A model generated the notes under the pieces. The model did not search any database. It had not been told where the DNA came from and saw only the letters and a list, made by a program, of their open reading frames with translations. A program made the translations under genes and the position numbers. DNA of 52,682 nt, counting the filler, from Bipalium vagum (lineage: Eukaryota): the NCBI GenBank assembly GCA_037834085.1. It is 2 parts of 2 records of this genome, joined end to end, with 100 filler letters (N's around TTAATTAATTAA, not from the genome) between each part and the next. Parts side by side here need not be neighbours in the genome. Positions count along the whole stretch, not along the records: positions 23,124 to 52,682 come from JBBMKC010023554.1; 1 more part is not named here. One strand, 5' to 3'. Of the stretch, positions 45,510 through 52,682 are shown one piece after another. Numbering within the stretch: position 1 is the stretch's first letter; every line of letters starts with the position of its first letter.

Positions 45510-45515
45510 GATCAT
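44568..45515 (-). CDS. Copy B proximal leader ORF (315 aa) starting at the ATG inside the U2 fragment
   Basis: ATG 45515 is U2 nt 22-24. The second half matches the leader ORFs of A and C (SPRRDESEAM..AEPWVN..SPRLPCKEASGESCGR). Ends at a small out-of-frame deletion relative to A. Confidence 0.5.
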   Translation of the reverse strand: MIPRVTYSINGGLSNEPSPALFGQLGESPASLQSGTFLQSQYQKYEKKLHLLQKVRKCAKSSCIETFSLDDRGSLYAKSGKISVQKPSFAVFLMTEKMVPTRFPDEASWITANQIRENLGRPSPNSNSSNSGRFPTPDPSPKSPRRDESEAMPRSAVPLAEPWVNCPRRYELQQCRYGSTYYDNQRFSPRLPCKEASGESCGRPNGRGQAELAGGKPTEGNLSNFWLKNQVFQNRNGNSYFCTPFINFIIDTYRFGTKEFIYDEFIPKYTQIFKFFIKIINFLNYKMIKTLNCQFLTNFNILGFKLKPNFYIIRL

Positions 45516-45536
45516 AGCTATGAAGCTAGAAGCGAT
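45501..45536 (-). ncRNA. RNU2: U2 snRNA 5' fragment starting exactly at +1, without the promoter
   Basis: ATCGCTTCTAGCTTCATAGCTATGATC-CCGC-GTGTA; the first 27 nt are identical to the 41304 copy. Confidence 0.85.
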
Positions 45537-47442
45537 TGATTGATTCTAATAACAGATGGTGAGTAGCTCCGTGTACAACCCCAAGATAAGTATAAAGATT
45601 TTCGGGAGAAACTGTTGGGATATTTTCTCCATAGATTGTGACTGTGGAGTTGGTTTTATTTGATAGATATCCACATTTTGATGGACGGAATTTGAGGTGG
45701 ATAGCGTCTGAGAGAGAAGAAATAATGTTGAGCCGTTCTTGGAGGCTTGATTGGCTAGGGGCAATGAGAACAAGGTCATCAGCATAGGCCAAACAAGAGA
45801 AATCATGCCCAAGAGTTTTGAGTTTGGGGGTCATGTTCTCCATTTTTGCGATGATAAAATTTATGCAAAGACAAAAGATTGTCATAGAAAGTGGACAACC
45901 TTGTTTCACGCCCTTATTGATCTTAATATAGCCAGTCTGAAGGTGAAAACACGAGTAGCTGGTGAAATTTTCTGAGTAGATGGCCTTCAGAAGTTCAATG
46001 TGAGTATCCGGAATGCCCATTTTATGAAGCGTAACCCATATGAGTTGGTGAGGGATACTTGGAAAGGCTTCAGAAATATCCAAAAAGCAAATATGGTGTT
46101 CTTTTTTGCTGGTTTTGGTCGACTCGATAATGCCGTTGATAATTGCATTATGTTCTCCACAGCCATTATCGTTGAAGAGGGCTTTCTGATTCCGGTGGAT
46201 AAGAGAATTTTGCTTTATCCATGATAGCATTCTGTTGTTAATGATCAGTGCAAATAATCGGTACGAAGTGTTGAGCACAGCAATGGGCCTCCATGATGAC
46301 ATGAGGTGGGAGTGATGGTCTTTCCCTGGCTTCAAAATTAGACTTGTTTTGAACCTTCTCCATTGCTGTGGGATAATTCGCGAGTTGATGATGTAATTGA
46401 ATAATGCGGACAGAAATTCACCTTCGGGATCAATAAGTTTCCAATCCTGATAATTGATACCATCAAGTCCGGCTGCTGATTTGTTGGAAGATTTCAGGGC
46501 ATCAATCACTTCTAAGGGTGAGATGGTGTCGAAGAGGTTGTTGAAAGGATGATTTGGGAAGTTGAAGAGAAGTGATTGGTTGATTTCTGGTGGGACTTCA
46601 GAGGAAAAATGATTAAAAATATCTTCGATGGTTGGAAAAGCGGTTGGTTTGCTTGATGGGAGGAGAGAGTTGAAGGTGTCCTTTGGATGATTTTCATATT
46701 GTTGCCGGAAATTGAAAGAAGATTTAATCTGGTTCTCCAGGTGTTGATGGGATGGAGTTTTCTTCTTTTTATTCTTCGCAAATCTTGATGGAAAAAGATC
46801 AGCGATTGCATTGCAGGCAGAGTCGAGGGCCTGTGCTGGATCAGCGTTGATTGATTGGAGTTTGCTGATCGATTCTAACAGCAGATGGTGAGTGGTTTTG
46901 CGTGAGCTGTTACGGTCCGGCTTTTTTGCTCTGGCAGCGAGAATGTTATCGACGAGATGTTGGATTTTACTTTTGAGAGCGGAAATGTCTGGGGCATTGA
47001 AGATTGTCGAATTTGCGAGGAAATCCATCGCATATTGGATAATGAAATATCCACAATCAAATCCAGGACCCTGCAGTGGCTGCGAATCGAGAGTGCTTTG
47101 ATCGATCGGGTTAGGATCAAAGGTGCAGCATGTTTTATTAATGACCGTGTTCAAAAGATCAAAAAGATGGAGTTGGTCATCTGCAAGGGTCTGAGAGGCT
47201 GGATCTAGAAGAAATGATTTTTTGGCAACCCGATCAGCCAAGAAGATAAGCCAATGATTGGATTGCCAATGAATTGGCCAAATTATCTTCTGCCAGTTTG
47301 CCATTTTTGTAAATGGGAAGCATTCGTAAAATTCTTTAATTTTACCCTGCGTTAAGGCGACTGCAGGCCCCGGTCGGATGAAAATATGATGATCGTTTTG
47401 GATGTGAGACCGGAGGAATGCTTCAATCTGGTGGCTGCCTAG
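45526..47442 (-). CDS. Copy C Ulp1-like protease and reverse transcriptase, 3'-truncated; in frame with the upstream ORF across TGA 47445-47443
   Basis: 46 sense codons (LGSHQIEAFLRSH..PFTK) precede MANWQK at 47304. Protease NHW/LLDP/QGPGFDCG. RT motifs SAAGLDG, WRPIAV, FLDISEAFPSI, GVKQGCPLS, LAYADDL and YTYLG. Confidence 0.92.
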   Translation of the reverse strand, partial: LGSHQIEAFLRSHIQNDHHIFIRPGPAVALTQGKIKEFYECFPFTKMANWQKIIWPIHWQSNHWLIFLADRVAKKSFLLDPASQTLADDQLHLFDLLNTVINKTCCTFDPNPIDQSTLDSQPLQGPGFDCGYFIIQYAMDFLANSTIFNAPDISALKSKIQHLVDNILAARAKKPDRNSSRKTTHHLLLESISKLQSINADPAQALDSACNAIADLFPSRFAKNKKKKTPSHQHLENQIKSSFNFRQQYENHPKDTFNSLLPSSKPTAFPTIEDIFNHFSSEVPPEINQSLLFNFPNHPFNNLFDTISPLEVIDALKSSNKSAAGLDGINYQDWKLIDPEGEFLSALFNYIINSRIIPQQWRRFKTSLILKPGKDHHSHLMSSWRPIAVLNTSYRLFALIINNRMLSWIKQNSLIHRNQKALFNDNGCGEHNAIINGIIESTKTSKKEHHICFLDISEAFPSIPHQLIWVTLHKMGIPDTHIELLKAIYSENFTSYSCFHLQTGYIKINKGVKQGCPLSMTIFCLCINFIIAKMENMTPKLKTLGHDFSCLAYADDLVLIAPSQSSLQERLNIISSLSDAIHLKFRPSKCGYLSNKTNSTVTIYGENIPTVSPENLYTYLGVVHGATHHLLLESINRF

Positions 47443-50400
47443 TCATGCTGACTCACGGTCCGCCGTGGTCAGTGGGATGTTGGTGATATCGGCATTCGAT
47501 TCAGTTGGTGCTTCGAGGTGAGACAGTAAATGAATCTTGATGGTCTCACGAGGGATTGAGATACCACAGAAGCATCGATAGATGGATGTTGGTGTTGGAT
47601 GGAGGTTGTGCTTCTTTTTAAGATGGTCGTCGAGGCCCCTAGATTTATTCTTTGACCATTGGTATGCTTTCCGGCAGGTATTGCATGCGACCCGATCAAT
47701 GGATGTAAAGATAGCAATGGTTTCGTCGGGTGTGTTTGGTAAAACACCCGCAAAGAAGTTAATGGTGTTGAGATTGATGGTACCATTGCAGGAGTCTTGG
47801 AGCTCCGTGCTTGGTCGGGATATATCAAGTTCGAAGTCATCATCGGTTAGCGAAAAGGAGTCAGGATCAGCTCTAGCTTCAGGTTGTTGTTGTTGTTGCA
47901 GAGGAGGAGGCGGAAGTGGCATGGCACGAATTTCAGCCAGTAGAGGCCTTGCACTGGATGTTGAAGCCCTGGATGACGCAATAGAGATGATGGAGACGTT
48001 ATCATCCGAGTCATCAGGGTTAGTGCGGTTGAAGAATGTTTTTCTCCGCTTAATTGGCTTGCGAGGGGCAATTGGCGAAATTTCTGTTAAAATATCACCC
48101 GTTTGTGTGGCCATCTCCCTCGTCTCCACATCCGTTTGAGTGGCTATCGTGGACCGAAATGCCGGTGGAGGTGGAATGATGTCATCGACATCGTCTTCTT
48201 CTGGTACGGGTTCTTCTACGATGTAAATATCTTCGTCAATATCCGGTGGAGGTGGAAATATATCTTCCTCAATGGAGCAGGTTGGCTCCGCATCAAGGTC
48301 AACCTCCATCTTTTGTGGTTCAGTTGGTATTTCTGTCACAACTGGAACCGTTGGATTGTCAGTTTGTTGATTGGATTGGTCCGGTTCGATAGAGTTTTCT
48401 GTTGCGTTTTGAATGTTGGTGGTGGTTGGTTGCACGGGCTCTTTTTCCTTCGGTTTGCTGATGGTCTTTTCGGGCGGTGCAAAGCCGAAGCCCACAATTT
48501 TGCGCTTCTCCATGTCTGGGTTGTACCGGTAGTCAACCAGGAGGGGCATGTTGCGCCGATTCACTTTAATCTCCCGATATGTCGCCCTGAACATATTGGA
48601 GTTTTGCCCATGTATTGGGCGCCATCCGGTAAAGATCCATCTCTTCTGCCCAATTAAATCCGGCCTTGGGCAGTTTTCCTGATTGTATTTAGGAAAGTTA
48701 TAGTTTGGAGCCGTTTTGGAATTATTCGGCTTATGCGTTGGATCTGGCTTGGTGTTTTTGGATATTTGCTTGGCGTTCGATGGAGTTTTTGGTTTCTCAA
48801 TGTTGGACGGTAGTTGGTTCGAATCCTTCTTGTTTGATTTATTCTTGTTGGATTCTTGCTGTTTATTATTCTTTTGGTGTGATGTGGTTTTATTTGGTTG
48901 TTGATTTTTATTTTGTGGATGCGGCGGATTTTTCGGCCTTTGGTTATCATGCGGCAGTTGTTGATTTTGCCGTTTGTTTTGGTTTTGGTTTTGGTGGTAC
49001 TTGACTGGCGGCTTCTTCTGCCAGTTTTTCTTTTTTCCTCCTACGACGGTCCATCCTTCTTCACCCGTAACCGTCACCTTCCTATCCCCGTTGGTGGCCT
49101 CGATGGTAAGGCTGGGGCCCTTATACTTATCGTCCGTATGTCTAACTTGTTCTTTACCTATTCCTCCAGATTGCCTAGCGCCTGAAGTCCCATCTCGCCT
49201 AACTTCAGCCCTAAGCTCATCAATCATCCGTATCAGGTCTTTAATTTCGGCCGATTTTACGTGACTCAGTTTTTTGTTATTCATTTTTGGGCCTGTGTTC
49301 TTATTGCCGCCTTTATGTTGACCGGCAGGGGTCTGGGTTGGCCGTGGTTGTATCTGCGGACCTGCCGGTTCGAGGGGGACTAGCTCATATAACCGCCCGT
49401 CTATCCCCCTAACAGTCTTGCATACAACCTCGGAATACGATGGGGTTACCTTATCCTGGTTATACACTTGAAAGTTTTTCGTAGCTCCATCGGCTATAAT
49501 TTGACATTTGGTCCTCGTGACCAAAGATGTCAGGAACAACGCATTGTACACGTTGTTTAGATGTATATAATTAATATACGAGGCAAAAATATATATAAAA
49601 ATATTTAAAAATACTTTTATACACTCAAAATATTAATAACTCAAATATAATAACAATAAGAGACGGGCCAATAGGAAGCTGGGGATAAGTGCCAGCTCTC
49701 ATGGGGAGATTGCGCTCCATTACACCCCCCCGCGCATAATTGAAACAGAAATTATGATTTTTCCCGGAGGTTTCTGTGAAAAAGTTCATTAAATTTGGGA
49801 AAAAATGAATAAATTTATGGGGTTGTAGCCCTGGGAGAGATGGCTGGGAGTCAGTGCAGTCCATCTGGGTATTTTTATAATAAAACATATTAAATATACG
49901 TTAAGAAGACTGCAATTGCGGCGGTCATTGGTCATTGATTTGTTAAAAAGTTTAAATTTTTTAAGGTGGAAAAGGCCAAAAGTCATGGTTTTTAAATTTG
50001 GATATCCTTGCATCTGGCGGCGATCAATTTTAGATATTAAACAATTAAGAAAGAGGATCGTCCGGCCTTTAATTTGATGTAAGATAAGCTCTGGGAGAAA
50101 ATAATTGAGAGTGTTGGAGACAAGCAAAGATTTAGAAAATGTAAGGAAAAACTTAGTTAGAAATTTACTCAAATTTCTAACTAAAGTGATGGTTTTAGAT
50201 TGTGCGTAACGTTTTAACAGAGCGATGGAAAAAGCTCGGGGAGGACTTATACGAAAGAGCACCGTTGAAATTGTACTAAATAGTACAATTTCGGTCTTGC
50301 GGATAACGGTGGAGGCCTCAGAAGTCCAAACAACAGAGATGGATTTACCCAGAGATATTAAATTGTTGTTTAAGTGTAAATTTAAATATTTTTGAGACGC

Positions 50401-51848
50401 AATATCTCTGGGTAATCTTATTCAAAAAATAAGGTGGAAGTATCATATAATAGAGAAAAAAATTCTCTATTATATGATACGAGAATTTTGGGCTAAAACT
50501 CAAAATTAAAAATTTATAAAAATTTTTGTTATAACCAGAATTTAAATATGCGTTGTTAGGCGCACATTCAAGTAGGTTAAAATGGCCTAAATAAAAAACC
50601 CAATTATTATAATAAAGACCGCACGCATTACAGGCTTCTATTATAATATAAATAATGCCAAACTTTAGCTTCAATTTGGCACTAAGAACGTTAAATTCAG
50701 ATAAAAATTGACAAAATAAATTTTTTGCCATTTTAAAATTAAAAATCTTAGTTATTTTGAGTGAAATCTCAAAAATTGGGCTATATCTGGTGGTAAATTC
50801 ATCATAGATGAATTCCTTGGTGCCAAATTGATATAAATTTAATATGAAAACAAATTGGGGGGTATTAAAATTAAAATCTTTACTTAAAATTTGGAAAATT
50901 CGATTTTTGTGACAACACTTAACTAAATTACCTCCGGTTGGCTTTCTACCGGCCAACTCGGCTTGCCCACGGCCGTTGGAACGACCGCAGGACTCCCCAG
51001 ATGCTTCCTTACAGGGAAGCCGGGGTGAGCAATATTGTAAGTCGAAAAATGTCGACCCATAGCGGCTCATCCATCCCCTGTCACTGTCAACACGATTTAC
51101 CCACGGTTCCGCGAGTGGCACCGCGGATTTGGGCATTGCCTCGGAATCGTCTCGTCGAGGACTTTCCATTGGTAGGCCGGGCAGTTGGATCCGACCAGTA
51201 TTCGCATTTTTCATAATTTCGACCGAAATTGTTTCGCCTTTTTTGCATTGGCGAACTTTGGCATTGCGTAAATGTTTGAATTTCAGTCCGAATTTTGCAT
51301 CTGATGTATCATTTGGAAGATCTCGTCGAGATCTATAAAGTGCTGTGACTTTATTTGGAATCGTAGCCGAATTCGTAGAATGGTCATTGATCGAAGTTCT
51401 GCATATGAAAGTGCGGTTGAAATTCTGGAGGAGTTTGAAATCCTCCAGAGATCTTGGGCTTCTTCGGATTGGAGCCGTCAGGATATCAAATTAATCGTCT
51501 TTGGAAGAGGCATCTGATGGTACCTCGCTTGACACCATAGCTGGAGAAATGGTGGAGCTGATCTTCGGCATGGAGGCGCCATCTTGGCATCCATCTTGGA
51601 TGGCCGATCTTTTCCTGGTAGAGCTGGGAACGGTTTTAAAATGAATGGTGGATGAAACTTTACCAGTTTTTGTGTTGTGTAAACCCAATGGGCAAACCAC
51701 AACACCAATTTTTTTCACATATTCGGAATTTGAGCAGAAACATGGCGGTTGCCATGCTGGAGTTCCCTCGGAATTCGAAGAGGTATCATAAATATTTCCT
51801 TTCATTTGGCTTTGGGATTGACCAAGAAGTGAACAGAGCTTTTTTTTT
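45565..51848 (-). mobile_element. Copy C: longest NeSL/Utopia-like element, 3'-truncated at the end of RT
   Basis: Leader, N-terminal ORF, UGA-CUAG, protease and RT occur in order directly downstream of a U2 fragment that retains its promoter. Confidence 0.92.
47443..49551 (-). CDS. Copy C N-terminal protein (702 aa) with two C2H2-like fingers
   Basis: Homologous to A and B. Fingers CNTC..HLKKKH and CFC..HLLSH. CTG at 49533 aligns with the ATG of A and B. Confidence 0.85.
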   Translation of the reverse strand: MYNALFLTSLVTRTKCQIIADGATKNFQVYNQDKVTPSYSEVVCKTVRGIDGRLYELVPLEPAGPQIQPRPTQTPAGQHKGGNKNTGPKMNNKKLSHVKSAEIKDLIRMIDELRAEVRRDGTSGARQSGGIGKEQVRHTDDKYKGPSLTIEATNGDRKVTVTGEEGWTVVGGKKKNWQKKPPVKYHQNQNQNKRQNQQLPHDNQRPKNPPHPQNKNQQPNKTTSHQKNNKQQESNKNKSNKKDSNQLPSNIEKPKTPSNAKQISKNTKPDPTHKPNNSKTAPNYNFPKYNQENCPRPDLIGQKRWIFTGWRPIHGQNSNMFRATYREIKVNRRNMPLLVDYRYNPDMEKRKIVGFGFAPPEKTISKPKEKEPVQPTTTNIQNATENSIEPDQSNQQTDNPTVPVVTEIPTEPQKMEVDLDAEPTCSIEEDIFPPPPDIDEDIYIVEEPVPEEDDVDDIIPPPPAFRSTIATQTDVETREMATQTGDILTEISPIAPRKPIKRRKTFFNRTNPDDSDDNVSIISIASSRASTSSARPLLAEIRAMPLPPPPLQQQQQPEARADPDSFSLTDDDFELDISRPSTELQDSCNGTINLNTINFFAGVLPNTPDETIAIFTSIDRVACNTCRKAYQWSKNKSRGLDDHLKKKHNLHPTPTSIYRCFCGISIPRETIKIHLLSHLEAPTESNADITNIPLTTADRESA

Positions 51849-51853
51849 ATCAT
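49625..51853 (-). pseudogene. Copy C leader frame, broken by one TAA and several frameshifts
   Basis: ORF pieces 51491-51904, 50345-51214, 49789-50262 and 49625-49888 match the A and B leader translation in order. The first two are in the same frame, separated by TAA 51493 and 92 sense codons. Confidence 0.55.
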
Positions 51854-51874
51854 AGCTATGAAGCTAGAAGCGAT
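51849..51874 (-). ncRNA. RNU2: U2 snRNA 5' fragment (nt 1-26) at the head of copy C
   Basis: ATCGCTTCTAGCTTCATAGCTATGAT, followed by A9-GC-TCTGTTC. Confidence 0.85.
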
Positions 51875-51990
51875 AAAAAAGAGGAGGGAGCGACCGCGGG
51901 ACATGCCGTGAACATAGCCATGTCTAGGGTTTTTTATGTAACATTTAAAAATTGAATATTTGACGATAAAAAGTGAAAAAACGACGTTTC
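51875..51990 (-). promoter_or_regulatory. Putative U2 promoter region, second copy
   Basis: Near-identical to 41305-41420 (GAGGAGGGAGCGA.CGCGGGACA.GCCGTG..TAGGGTTTTTT..AAAAGTGAAAAAACGACGTTT). Confidence 0.7.
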
Positions 51991-52019
51991 TATGTTTATT
52001 TGCGTTGAGATTTCGATAA

Positions 52020-52310
52020 TAGCGTGATCAATTTGCTTTCCGATTGACTTGGTCACGGGGTTTTTTGCATTGGAGTGGTAGTGGTCTTTTAAATACTCTG
52101 TCTTGGAATAATTGTTAGTTTGGTTTTTGATGTAGGAGTTTCAAGCATCCAAGTCAACATCCATTGGTTGAGGTGATGGATTTTGCTGCGTAGTTTCATT
52201 GGTCGGTTTTGCAGTTGGTTTGTGTTGATGTTGTGTAGACCGGCGAAACCGAATTCTATAATTTTGCGTTTCTCCATATATGAGGATGATAGCGATGGTC
52301 AACAATGTGG
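52020..52310 (-). mobile_element. Copy F: decayed fragment of the N-terminal ORF
   Basis: VDHRYHPH/MEKRKIIEFGFA matches VDYRYNPDMEKRKIVGFGFA. Confidence 0.7.
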
Positions 52311-52682
52311 CATGCTTCTGGTATTAATCTTAATTTTTCTATAAGTAGCACGAAACATGTGAAATTTAGGGTCGTATATGCGGGCCCATCCGCGAAAATT
52401 CTTGAAGTTGTGATTAGAGATTTTGATTTTATATTAAATTTATCGTAAAAAGTAATTAATTTATCATTATAGCAAGTCGTTCGAATCCACGTCAGAAATG
52501 GCACCGATTGGTATCTCGCAAGATGTAATTGGAGGAAATTCTTTTGAAGTATTAAAAAAAGAGTACAGGGTTCACATCTCAAAAGCTCATTATATTTGTA
52601 ATAAAAAAATAATAATAAAGATATAAGTTGAGGTTAACAATCAAATGTTGGACAGAGCTCATTTCTGCATAAATTAGACCTG

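Noticed and set aside
39672-47304. Copies C and D as two halves of one element split by B
   Set aside because: They overlap by about 30 codons around YLGV with quite different sequence, and D has its own U2 head and promoter.
47443-47445. Host genetic code with UGA = Trp
   Set aside because: All nine Trp codons in the 592-aa protease-RT ORF, and those in the other long ORFs, are TGG with no other in-frame TGA despite the AT-rich genome. The TGA is site-specific.
41698-49264. Numerous plus-strand and alternate-frame ORFs over copies A, B and C
   Set aside because: They are shadows of the long minus-strand ORFs and their low-complexity codons, with no independent motifs.
1-52682. Prokaryotic systems such as CRISPR arrays, retrons or operons
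   Set aside because: No regularly spaced repeat-spacer array was seen, the content (snRNAs, Polinton, Tc1/mariner, hAT, Gypsy) is eukaryotic, and the main RT is of the non-LTR type.

Overview
This is an AT-rich eukaryotic, transposon-dense window with no host protein-coding gene that I can support. A 100-nt artificial linker at 23024-23123 (44 N + TTAATTAATTAA + 44 N) means the two sides may not be neighbours in the genome. The left part (1-31 kb) holds decayed elements: a Polinton/Maverick (pPolB, capsid-like and integrase fragments), Tc1/mariner, pogo, hAT, Ty3/Gypsy, a tRNA-Ala-like cassette, and three decayed NeSL-clade non-LTR fragments with Ulp1-like protease domains. The right part (32.5-52.3 kb) is a head-to-tail minus-strand array of related NeSL/Utopia-like retrotransposons, labelled E, A, D, B, C, F by rising coordinate. 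Taken together the copies encode C2H2 fingers, a Ulp1/SUMO-like protease, RT, a CCHC knuckle and a restriction-like endonuclease; no single copy is complete. Copies D, B and C each begin with the 5' end of a U2 snRNA, and one U2 sits head-to-head with a truncated U6 gene. Main candidate system, in four parts. (1) An in-frame UGA-CUA, a known readthrough context, sits at the conserved Trp position at the start of the Ulp1 domain in three divergent copies and separates the N-terminal protein from protease-RT-EN. (2) An AUG inside the U2 fragment is in frame with the element frame in both copies that keep their 5' end. (3) A ~2.2-kb leader is rich in covarying hairpins and pseudoknots yet stays a nearly open frame. 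(4) The N-terminal protein carries conserved SIM-like, LC8-type TQT and FPPPP motifs. All calls are by eye; no search or folding program was run.
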